A stretch of DNA of 64,000 nt from Calditrichaceae bacterium (lineage in GTDB: Bacteria; Calditrichota; Calditrichia; Calditrichales; JBFXGD01), in the NCBI GenBank assembly GCA_050173015.1, contig JBFXLE010000009.1, positions 1-64,000 on the forward strand. Reading direction: 5' to 3'. Each line of letters opens with the position of its first letter. Position 1 is the first letter of the stretch. The position numbers and the translations under genes are program-made. Positions 1 to 8,050 of the stretch are shown one piece after another. The notes beneath the pieces are model-generated. The model did no database searches. It saw nothing but the letters and a program-made list of their open reading frames with translations, and was not told where the DNA came from.

Positions 1-58
1 AATAATCCAAATTTTCCTTGTAATTGCTCTTTGGACTATTTAACATTGAGGTGTTCAT
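1..58 (-). CDS. 5' end of a gene running off the left edge (MNTSMLNSPKSNYKENLDY...), product unknown
   Basis: Minus strand reads AAGGAG (65-70), 6 nt, then ATG at 58 with an open frame to base 1. Too short to identify. Confidence 0.5.
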   Translation of the reverse strand, partial: MNTSMLNSPKSNYKENLDY

Positions 59-153
59 AAGGGTCTCCTTTCTTTTTTGAGATGTCATATTACAAATGTA
101 TTTCATACATTTCTACACCATTAAAGACTGTGAGACCTTTTTCTCAATTTACC

Positions 154-266
154 GACACATCTGTATTTATTGTCAGGTGCGGGCGCCTAAATTGTGACGC
201 CCCTACGCTTAACTCTTAACTCTTTTCTCTTAACGCTCTTAAATTCTAACTTCCCACTTCCTACTT
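154..266 (-). repeat. 113-bp repeat, copy 1 (inverted relative to 2930-3042)
   Basis: Reverse complement aligns without gaps to 2930-3042 with 3 mismatches. Contains heptamer runs and a GTAG-type REP-like hairpin (177-206). Confidence 0.95.
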
Positions 267-376
267 ATTTTCCCACCCGGAATATAATTTAGTGATTGAT
301 CTGTTAAATAGGAAAAACGTATATTGTACCAGCCATCGTTTTGTTTTGATCTGATCTTATTCTGAAAGGAATCCCG

Positions 377-985
377 ATGTCGGTTAAACGCGGTGCTCTG
401 ATTTTTCTCACCTTTTTTTTATTTGTTTTTTGTTCCGGTCAGGGCGATGAAAATAAGCCTTCTGATGATGAATTATATTTTAATATCGACAAAAACCTGC
501 TCGGGGAGGCTGAAAAACCCGATGAATATCGTTTTAGTCTGAATCCGCCCAAAAACTGGCTCGCGGTTAATGAAGAATTGTTTGCCGCTTTGGTCAAAGA
601 GACAACTAAGTTGGCTGATAATGAGTTGAATATCGAATACAAACCGCTAAAGATTTTTTTTGATGAAAATTACGGAAGCCTTCTTTCGGTGATTCATGTG
701 AAAGCCGGGAATGATACCTTGTCCGGAAATGCGTTTGAGCAAGCGTATCTTGCCATGCTGGATCAGAGTTTTCCATCAGGAAATCCGCAAAAAGGCAGTT
801 TTACAAAAAATAACAAACGTTTTACACAATATCTGATTCAGGATGATAAACGCGTGGCATTTAAACTCATTTTTCTCAATCAGTCCGGTCAGGTAATCCA
901 GTTGGATTATAATGTTGACGCGAATCGGTATATTCATGAATTAAAGGCCATTGAGTCTTCCATAGGCTCTGTTTCATTGTATTAA
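377..985 (+). CDS. Hypothetical exported protein / lipoprotein
   Basis: 202-aa ORF, AAGGA RBS upstream, basic N-terminus and hydrophobic stretch ending in ...FVFC. Confidence 0.75.
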   Translation: MSVKRGALIFLTFFLFVFCSGQGDENKPSDDELYFNIDKNLLGEAEKPDEYRFSLNPPKNWLAVNEELFAALVKETTKLADNELNIEYKPLKIFFDENYGSLLSVIHVKAGNDTLSGNAFEQAYLAMLDQSFPSGNPQKGSFTKNNKRFTQYLIQDDKRVAFKLIFLNQSGQVIQLDYNVDANRYIHELKAIESSIGSVSLY

Positions 986-1007
986 TTCTATTCTGAGGGG
1001 AGGAATT

Positions 1008-1301
1008 ATGTATCGCAAAATCACTTCTGTTTTACTCGTGTTTGCGTTTGTTCTCATCGCCGGATGCGCCGCCCATACTCATAAGGTCGGGCAGGGCGGT
1101 TTGACAGGCGATGTTGTTGAAGGTCGGCAGTGGTATATTCTATTTGGGCTGGTCCCACTGAATACGGTAGACACAAGACAAATGGTGGGAGATGAGACCA
1201 ATTATACCATCAGAACGGAATCATCCGCTCTGGATGTGATCATGAATATTTTCACCGGCTATATCACTGTCACGTCCAGGACCGTGACCGTTACAAAATA
1301 A
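1008..1301 (+). CDS. Bor/TRL-like small outer-membrane lipoprotein
   Basis: Lipobox IAGC, GGAGG RBS, 97 aa with a W-Y-x-L-F-G-L-V-P motif and terminal RTVTVTK resembling Bor-family lipoproteins. Confidence 0.7.
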   Translation: MYRKITSVLLVFAFVLIAGCAAHTHKVGQGGLTGDVVEGRQWYILFGLVPLNTVDTRQMVGDETNYTIRTESSALDVIMNIFTGYITVTSRTVTVTK

Positions 1302-1387
1302 TGTAATGAGCAATATCCGGTAACTGGAGACCAATGGCCCTTTTTATATCCACTAACCGGATAGTTTTCATTTTTCAGCCCTCCTTT

Positions 1388-1424
1388 GGCGGCTTTAACG
1401 CTTCATAATCAAAGCCGCCGTTTG
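1388..1424 (+). terminator. Possible weak intrinsic terminator after the Bor-like gene
   Basis: GGCGGCTTT (1388-1396) pairs with AAAGCCGCC (1411-1419), followed by GTTTGT. Poor U-tract. Confidence 0.4.
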
Positions 1425-1493
1425 TCCAAAATTGATTAAAATAGTTCAATCGGATCCGCTTTTAATTTAATTTTATACCAATGTGCCTTAAAT

Positions 1494-1526
1494 TAATGGA
1501 ATAGAACAGCATTAGACGTTGTCTAA
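1494..1526 (+). promoter_or_regulatory. Candidate ECF sigma promoter (autoregulatory)
   Basis: taatGGAATA-N17-GTCTAA directly upstream of the ECF gene; the same motif recurs at 3556-3588. Confidence 0.7.
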
Positions 1527-1552
1527 TTAAAAAACACAAGGAATATTCCTGA

Positions 1553-2104
1553 TTGAATGACGCTGAATTGCTTGTTGAAGCTAAACACGGTAACCCCAAT
1601 GCCTGCAGGGATCTTGTCAGGCGATTTGAATCGAGGGTTGCGGCGACGGTTATTGGTATGCTGGGCAACACTCCCGAGGCGGATGATGTGGGACAGGAAA
1701 CCTTTATCCGGTTTTTCAATTCATTGCACTCATTCCGCGGGGATGCTGAAATCAGCACATATCTGACACGTATTGCCATAAATTTATCTTTAAATGAAAT
1801 AAAACGCCGAAAACGGAAGTCGTTTCTGGAATTCAGGGACCTCAATGAAAGCGATCTCAGTGATGAGGATAATCAGTCTGTCGCGCATCAGAATGAAGAC
1901 AACGAGCTGATATACGGAGCCATACAGAACTTAAAACCCGATTTCCGGGCGGTTGTGGTTTTACGTTTAATTGATGGTTATAGCACATCGGAGACAGCGG
2001 AAATATTGAAGATTCCCGTCGGGACGGTTTTGTCCCGGCTTGCCAGGGCACAGGAGAAACTAAAACAAATGTTATCACCATATTTTGAGGTGGGGGATGA
2101 ATAA
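1553..2104 (+). CDS. ECF (sigma-70 group 4) RNA polymerase sigma factor
   Basis: Region 2 (ADDVGQETFIRFF...STYLTRIAIN) and region 4.2 (GYSTSETAEILKIPVGTVLSRLARA). TTG start after AAGGA. Confidence 0.95.
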   Translation: MNDAELLVEAKHGNPNACRDLVRRFESRVAATVIGMLGNTPEADDVGQETFIRFFNSLHSFRGDAEISTYLTRIAINLSLNEIKRRKRKSFLEFRDLNESDLSDEDNQSVAHQNEDNELIYGAIQNLKPDFRAVVVLRLIDGYSTSETAEILKIPVGTVLSRLARAQEKLKQMLSPYFEVGDE

Positions 2105-2525
2105 GAAAAAAATTTTAAAACTGTTGTACCGTTCATTTGATGAACAACTTTCACCAAAGGATGAAAAAATTCTTGCGGATTATCTGAAAGATTCGGAATG
2201 GCTTCGTTCCGAACACAAACGTACTGAGAGAATTCGTCAGAAAGTCATTTCCGCGGGCAGCCGCAATTTTAAACCGTTTTTCGCGGAAAGGGTGCTGCGC
2301 AGGCTGGATGAAGTCTCGGAGAAAGACCGGGCCTTTGATATATTGGGAAATGAATTGTCCCTGGTTTTTAAACGTGTCACTTTCGCGGCGGCCCTGCTTA
2401 TTGTTGGCTTAATTTCATGGAACATCACAAAAAGCGACCATCTTTCATTGCGGAATGCCTTTTCGGTTCCGGAGATTACCATCGAAAAGGTTTTTGAGCC
2501 CTTTAACCAGCTAGGAACGGAGTAG
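2097..2525 (+). CDS. Putative single-pass anti-sigma factor
   Basis: Overlaps the ECF stop. Soluble N-terminal helical domain, then one TM segment (VTFAAALLIVGLISW). ATG at 2097 preferred over GTG at 2085. Confidence 0.7.
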   Translation: MNKKKILKLLYRSFDEQLSPKDEKILADYLKDSEWLRSEHKRTERIRQKVISAGSRNFKPFFAERVLRRLDEVSEKDRAFDILGNELSLVFKRVTFAAALLIVGLISWNITKSDHLSLRNAFSVPEITIEKVFEPFNQLGTE

Positions 2526-2529
2526 AATT

Positions 2530-2928
2530 ATGACAGTCAAAACAAAATCAACCGTTATAATTCTTTCCACACTGATCATCGGAATGCTTCTCGGAGCATT
2601 GATATTTGGTGTAATCGTCCGGAATCAGATCGCGGAAATAAACGGATTGAGAACAACTGATGGGTTCATCTCATTTTTTGATGATATCATTGAACCTGAG
2701 GCTGAACAGAAAGCCGGGATTGACAGTGTTTTAGCCAAACACGCGAAGGTGTTTTACACGACCAGCACCGGATGTCTTGGAAAAGTGCTGGCGATTGTAA
2801 ATACGATGGAAAATGATTTAAGCTCTGAACTGACTCCCGCTCAAATGATACGGCTCAAAAACAGACTGGATACCGTCAGATCGAGGGTCACGGTGAAAAT
2901 CGAGACACAGGCGGAGGAAGAGAAGTAA
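2530..2928 (+). CDS. Membrane-anchored periplasmic helical protein (LTxxQ-like; third gene of ECF cassette)
   Basis: N-terminal TM helix, LTPAQ motif, 4 bp after the anti-sigma-like gene. Confidence 0.65.
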   Translation: MTVKTKSTVIILSTLIIGMLLGALIFGVIVRNQIAEINGLRTTDGFISFFDDIIEPEAEQKAGIDSVLAKHAKVFYTTSTGCLGKVLAIVNTMENDLSSELTPAQMIRLKNRLDTVRSRVTVKIETQAEEEK

Positions 2929-2929
2929 G

Positions 2930-3042
2930 AAGTAGGAAGTAGGAAGTAAGAATTTAAGAGCGTTAAGAGAAAAGAGTTAAGAGTTAAGCGTAGGGGCGTC
3001 ACAATTTAGGCGCCCGCACCTGACAATAAACACAGATGTGTC
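2930..3042 (+). repeat. 113-bp repeat, copy 2
   Basis: 110/113 identical to the reverse complement of 154-266. Confidence 0.95.
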
Positions 3043-3210
3043 ATCCAGGAGGGATCTTCTGCTCTCTTGGGAAATAATGCGGTTAGTCCTAAATGGATCG
3101 TTTGGATTCTTCGGGGCGAATTTTCTGTCCGAGTGAAAAATTTAGAAAAACAGATTAAAGTAACACGAGTTAAAATTCGCCAGGGCTTTTTGCTACTTTT
3201 TGGCCTTCAA

Positions 3211-3315
3211 AAAGTAGGGAGAGAAGAGAAGTAGGAAGTGAGAAGTAGGAAGTAGGAAGTAGGAAGTAGGAAGTATAAGAAAAAAGATAAAAGAAAAAAG
3301 AAAAAAGAGAAAGAA
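3211..3315 (+). repeat. Heptamer tandem repeats ((A/G)GAAGTA)n grading into (AAAAAAG)-like units
   Basis: gtaggaa-gtgagaa-gtaggaa x4 seen directly; similar runs at 2921-2950 and about 3458-3500. Confidence 0.85.
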
Positions 3316-3555
3316 CGGGTTATGCGGACCAGCCGGAAGATTCCTGCGGAATGACATGACTTGGCACAGTCGATTCACACGGATGTCATCTCCAATAAAT
3401 CCGATTGATAAAATCAGATTAATCATTTAATCACACGAATCAGAGTTCAGACAATACAGGAAGTAAGAAGTTAGAAGTAGGAACGTTAGGAGTTAAGAGG
3501 GGCATGGGGTGCCATTCGATCTTGAAAGAATAAAAAAATAATTTTTTTTTTAAAA

Positions 3556-3588
3556 TAATGGAATAAGATGTGTTTTTCGGTTGTCTAA
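3556..3588 (+). promoter_or_regulatory. Candidate ECF sigma promoter for the Spy-like gene
   Basis: taatGGAATA-N17-GTCTAA, with flanks (taat, gtt) and spacing identical to 1494-1526. Confidence 0.7.
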
Positions 3589-3663
3589 CGTGCAAACACA
3601 GAACAGATTAGACTCACTATTGTGAAATTTGTTACTGACAATTGAAATTATAAGGAGTTCCAA

Positions 3664-4269
3664 ATGTTTACTAAAACGATATCCGCGTTTATTACAATGA
3701 TTCTGTTATCCGCCGTCCTCTTATTCGCGCAGGACGCCGATAAGCATATCGACGCCAGAGTAGGAGCGATGAAACAGAAACTTAATCTGACAGATGATCA
3801 GGCTGTGCAGGTAAAGGATATTATTATTGAGATTCACGAACTGACCGACAAGGATCGCGCTCAGTATAAAGGCGACAAAGACGCGCTACTAAAGGCAGCG
3901 AATGAAAGAAACGAACTTAAACTTTCTAAAATCAACGCCATTCTTGATGAAGATCAAAAAGCGGTCTATGCCGGAATGAATGCCGGTAAACAGATGGAAG
4001 AAAAAATTGTTTATATGAGTGAACGCCTGAATTTAAATTGTGATCAGCAGGACAAAATAGCGGTTATCCTCAAAGAAGCGCCATCAGATGAAGAAGCGCT
4101 TGAAACCCGCAAATCAAATAATCCGATCAAAATGCTCGGACTAAAAAGCAGAACCGGGAAAATTCACGGTGAAATCGAATCTCTGCTAAACGATGAGCAA
4201 AAAGCTGAATTTAAAAAGATGCAGGAAGAGAAAAAAGCAAGAATGGATAAATTGCTGGAAGAGAATTAA
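3664..4269 (+). CDS. Exported Spy/CpxP-like LTxxQ-repeat protein
   Basis: Signal peptide (...LLFAQ), AAGGAG RBS, repeated LNLTDDQ / ILDEDQ / LNLNCDQ / LLNDEQ motifs, charged helical composition. Confidence 0.7.
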   Translation: MFTKTISAFITMILLSAVLLFAQDADKHIDARVGAMKQKLNLTDDQAVQVKDIIIEIHELTDKDRAQYKGDKDALLKAANERNELKLSKINAILDEDQKAVYAGMNAGKQMEEKIVYMSERLNLNCDQQDKIAVILKEAPSDEEALETRKSNNPIKMLGLKSRTGKIHGEIESLLNDEQKAEFKKMQEEKKARMDKLLEEN

Positions 4270-4307
4270 CAGCAACATAATTTTTTGATAAAACAAGCTT
4301 ACACACT

Positions 4308-4350
4308 CCGAAAGAGGGAAGGTCCAATCGTCAGGCCGTCCCTTTTTTGG
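4308..4350 (+). terminator. Intrinsic terminator between convergent Spy-like gene and cydC
   Basis: CCGAAAGAGGGAAGGTC pairs with GGCCGTCCCTTTTTTGG (G-U pairs, one mismatch), with a T6 run. Confidence 0.65.
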
Positions 4351-4395
4351 GTTTTAGGGCAGCGCCTCCATAGCTCTTCACAAAACACGAATTGA

Positions 4396-6153
4396 TTAAT
4401 GCGTTTGATTCCCCATCATCTCAACCACGGAATGTTCATTCTGCAGGACTTTCATCCGCCGGTAAATACTGTCCTGTTTAATTAACTCATCATGCGGGCC
4501 GCGTTCGGCGATCCTGCCGGATTTTAATACGATGATCTCATTCACCTTTTCCAGGCCGTTCAGGTTGTGTGTAATAAGCAGGGTCGTTTTGTCGCGGCTT
4601 AATTCACGGAAGGACTCAAGAACCTTCTGCTCCGTGAACACATCGAGATTAGCCGTGGGTTCATCCAGAATCAGAACCGGCGCGTTTTTCAGATAGGCCC
4701 GGGCAATCGCTATTCTCTGACGCTCACCTCCGCTTAAGCGGTGGCCCTGTTCGCCTGTATAGGTTTGGTATCCATCCGGCAGCCGCGTGATAAAATCATG
4801 TATTTGAGCCAATTTCGCGGCCCGGATGATCTCGCTATCGGTGGCCTCCGGTCTGGCGAGTGCGATGTTCTGTTTTATGGATTCATTAAATAGATAGGTG
4901 TTTTGCGAGATCACGCTGAAAAATTTTCTAAGCTCCTCCTGATTAAACTGTCCGATTTCCTTTCCTCCAAGGCGGATATTTCCTTCTGTGTAGTCCCAAA
5001 ATCGTAATAACAAATTAATCAATGTTGATTTTCCGGCTCCGCTGGGCCCTACAATCGCAAGAGTCCCGCCTTCAGGAATGTTAAATGAAATGTCCGTCAG
5101 CGCGGGTTCATCGTTTGTGCCATACCTGAAAGAAAGATTTTTTACAGACAGGTCAAAAGCGGAAGCGGTGATTTCTCCCGTTGGAGGATCGGCAATTTCA
5201 GCGCGGGTTTCGGTCATTTCAAAAACCCGGCCGGAGGCTTCCAGGCTGTTTGAAAGATACTGCAGGGATTCAGGCAACGGCGTGACGGCTTCGAAGGCGG
5301 CCATAACCCCCAGAATGAGAACAGAAAGATAGACGCCGTCAAGCAAAGCTAATTCAACCATCGGAATGGCAATATACATCATTAGGATGACAGAAAAATT
5401 CATTAAAAGCGCTGTTAATGACTCATGAAGCGCATTGATACGGGCCATTTTTCGCTGCAGCCGGAGATAGTCTTTGTTTAGTTCGTTGAATTCGTAAAAA
5501 TGATTATCCGCCTGTCCAAAGGAGAGTAACTCCGTGATGCCCTGAACACCGTCAATGATGTTTTCATTCAGAGTGGATCTGACCGAAATAAGCTGTCTGC
5601 CGTACCTGCGGCTCAGGAAATGAGTCAACAACGGTATTCCAACGCCTGCCAGAATCATGCACAAAGTAAATGCCAGGGCAAAGATCAGATCGAACATGCC
5701 AAACAAAATCCACATGAGCAGAGTAATCAAAAAAGCGACCACCGGGGGGGTGATGACACGGACATAAATATGTTCAAGACTCTCAATATCCGATACGATA
5801 CGATTTAACAGATCTCCGCTTTTGTACCGCATAAGACTTGCCGGGGCGAGCGGTTCGATGGATTTATAAAACCACACCCTGAATTTAGCCAGTAGTCTGA
5901 AAGTGATGTCATGGGAAACCAGGCGTTCGAGATACCGGAATACCCCGCGGGAAATCCCGAAAAATCTCACACCGACAATTCCCACCTGCAGATAAGCGAT
6001 GGAGGGGTGCAGAGCGGCCTTCGCGATGATATAAGCGGAGGTCATCATCAGTCCTATCCCGGATCCGACCGTTAGAAATCCGAGCAGGACAGACAATAAA
6101 AACAACCGTTTGAATGAAAACGCGAAGCGGATCAGTTTTATAAAATTTTTCAT
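4396..6153 (-). CDS. cydC: Thiol reductant ABC exporter subunit CydC
   Basis: VRFFGISRGVFRYLERLVSHD motif, TMD plus NBD (GPSGAGKST, LSGGE, DEPT). Overlaps cydD. Confidence 0.93.
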   Translation of the reverse strand: MKNFIKLIRFAFSFKRLFLLSVLLGFLTVGSGIGLMMTSAYIIAKAALHPSIAYLQVGIVGVRFFGISRGVFRYLERLVSHDITFRLLAKFRVWFYKSIEPLAPASLMRYKSGDLLNRIVSDIESLEHIYVRVITPPVVAFLITLLMWILFGMFDLIFALAFTLCMILAGVGIPLLTHFLSRRYGRQLISVRSTLNENIIDGVQGITELLSFGQADNHFYEFNELNKDYLRLQRKMARINALHESLTALLMNFSVILMMYIAIPMVELALLDGVYLSVLILGVMAAFEAVTPLPESLQYLSNSLEASGRVFEMTETRAEIADPPTGEITASAFDLSVKNLSFRYGTNDEPALTDISFNIPEGGTLAIVGPSGAGKSTLINLLLRFWDYTEGNIRLGGKEIGQFNQEELRKFFSVISQNTYLFNESIKQNIALARPEATDSEIIRAAKLAQIHDFITRLPDGYQTYTGEQGHRLSGGERQRIAIARAYLKNAPVLILDEPTANLDVFTEQKVLESFRELSRDKTTLLITHNLNGLEKVNEIIVLKSGRIAERGPHDELIKQDSIYRRMKVLQNEHSVVEMMGNQTH

Positions 6154-7892
6154 ACCGCCGCTCCATCAAAAGTTCGGATCATCCTGCTATAAATGCCGTT
6201 CTGACTCATTAATTCATCGTGTGAACCGAATTCATGGATTTCCCCGTTCGTCATGACAAATATGTGATCTGCCTGCCGGACAGTTGTCAGTCTGTGGGCG
6301 ATATACAGAGTTGTTTTGTTCAAGGTTAATTTTCTGATAGATTCCTGAATTTGATTTTCCAGTTCGGGATCGAGATTGGATGTCGGTTCATCAAGGATCA
6401 ATATTGGAGCGTCTTTTAAGAACGCCCTGGCAAGAGCGATTCTTTGGGCTTGTCCACCGCTGAGTCGCGCTCCTTTTTCACCGATCACCGTATCATAACC
6501 CATTGGAAGGGATCGCGCGAAATCGTGAAGCAGGGAGTGTCCGGCCGCTTCCATGATCTCCGCCCGGGTGGCGCCGGGTTTGGCCAGAGAGATATTTTCG
6601 GCGATAGTTTTGTGGAATAGATAGGGAGACTGAGGAACGTAAGCGATTAGCTCCCGCCATTTTTCAATATTAAAGTTATGAATATCTTGTCCGCCATACC
6701 GAACAGTTCCCTGAGCAGGGGAGAGAAATCTGAGCAGCAGATTGGCGATGGTGGTTTTTCCTGACCCGCTTGGCCCGACAATGGCCGCTCTTTCTCCGGG
6801 GCTGATATCAAACGAAATATCTTTGAGAACGGGGCGCTGACCATTTTCATAGGCGAAGGAAATGTGGTTGAATGAAATAGTCTGACTTATTCCGGTGGGT
6901 ATGGGCGTTTCATTTGATGTCACCGGATGCTGTTGCCGGGTGTCCGTATCCAGAATTTCAAAAATCCGTCCGGCCGTGGTGACACCCTCCATTCCCGCGT
7001 GAAAACGGGCGCCAAGCTGACGAAGCGGCTGGTAAAACTCAGGGGCGAGTATCAGAATAAACAGAGCATCCCGGAAAGCCATCTTTGCATAGAGCAGACG
7101 CAGTCCAACTTCAACGGCAATGATCGCGGTGCTCAGTGTGGCGGCCATTTCAAGCACGAGCGCGGAGAGAAAAGCGATTTTTAATACGCTCATCGTCGTA
7201 AGACGGAATTCTTTACTGATCCGGGCGATGGTATCACTCTGATCTTTGCTGCGTCCGAACAGTTTTAATGTGGTTAATCCCTGAAGAACATCAAGAAAAT
7301 GAGCGCTCATTCGGCTTAGCGATTTCCATTGCCTTTTTGTTTTCGATTCAGCCATCTGACCGATGAGAATCATAAATACGGGAATAATAGGCGCCGTAAT
7401 CAGCAAAACCACCCCGGATAACAGATCGGCCGGAAATACAAAGAATAATACGGCAACAGGTATCAGAACGGATAAAAATAACTGTGGGATATATTTGCTA
7501 AAATAGGCGTCAAGAGCATCGACTCCGTTCAAAATTGTGTTGCTCAATTCGCCGCTGCGCTCGCCAATTACATAGGATGGACCGGCAGTTATGATTTTTT
7601 CGCCAAGCTTATTCCGCAGCCTGGTTTTTATAAATAGGGCAATACGATTAGCTTCGCTCTGGCTGAACCAGACAAAAAAGGCGCGCAGAATACTTATCGC
7701 GGCAAAAATGAAAAGCAGATCGGTGACACCGGAGAGACTTATGCTTTTCAGAAATACGTCATCGATGATCATGCTGATGTACTTTGCCTGACCGATGGTC
7801 AGTATTCCCGCTGATAATCCGAAAAAGATTGTCAGAAACAGCGGAAGACGCGCTTCGGATAAAAATTTTAGTAATCGTTTGTCAAATTTCAT
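6150..7892 (-). CDS. cydD: Thiol reductant ABC exporter subunit CydD
   Basis: APIIPVFMILIG, FLDVLQGLTTLKLFGR and LAPEFYQPLRQLGARFHA motifs; ABC NBD; downstream of cydB. Confidence 0.95.
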   Translation of the reverse strand: MKFDKRLLKFLSEARLPLFLTIFFGLSAGILTIGQAKYISMIIDDVFLKSISLSGVTDLLFIFAAISILRAFFVWFSQSEANRIALFIKTRLRNKLGEKIITAGPSYVIGERSGELSNTILNGVDALDAYFSKYIPQLFLSVLIPVAVLFFVFPADLLSGVVLLITAPIIPVFMILIGQMAESKTKRQWKSLSRMSAHFLDVLQGLTTLKLFGRSKDQSDTIARISKEFRLTTMSVLKIAFLSALVLEMAATLSTAIIAVEVGLRLLYAKMAFRDALFILILAPEFYQPLRQLGARFHAGMEGVTTAGRIFEILDTDTRQQHPVTSNETPIPTGISQTISFNHISFAYENGQRPVLKDISFDISPGERAAIVGPSGSGKTTIANLLLRFLSPAQGTVRYGGQDIHNFNIEKWRELIAYVPQSPYLFHKTIAENISLAKPGATRAEIMEAAGHSLLHDFARSLPMGYDTVIGEKGARLSGGQAQRIALARAFLKDAPILILDEPTSNLDPELENQIQESIRKLTLNKTTLYIAHRLTTVRQADHIFVMTNGEIHEFGSHDELMSQNGIYSRMIRTFDGAAV

Positions 7893-7920
7893 GAATTCTA
7901 ATTGCTATAAAAGGTTTTAG

Positions 7921-7959
7921 ATAAAAATTTGCGGTATGAAAAAATCATACCGCAAATTT
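7921..7959 (-). terminator. Intra-operon hairpin/terminator between cydB and cydD
   Basis: Perfect 15-bp stem (7925-7939 / 7945-7959) with a 5-nt loop, T-rich tail on the minus strand. Confidence 0.65.
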
Positions 7960-8050
7960 CAGTGAATCCCAATCCATATGAACGGGGCTTCGTTTTTCAA
8001 TATTAATGCCATGCATTGGTTGTCATTCAGAAATTGAATTTATGCCATGA

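Noticed and set aside
154-3042. Autonomous transposon or IS
   Set aside because: No transposase, integrase or invertase inside or nearby, and no target-site duplication seen. Kept only as a repeat finding.
3193-3426. 77-aa minus-strand ORF (FFLFFLF...LPTSYFLLPTSHF)
   Set aside because: It is the translation of heptamer repeats and lacks an RBS; a low-complexity artefact.
2921-3500. Possible CRISPR array
   Set aside because: Units are contiguous 7-mers or isolated inverted repeats, with no constant 25-45-bp repeat separated by unique spacers and no cas genes.
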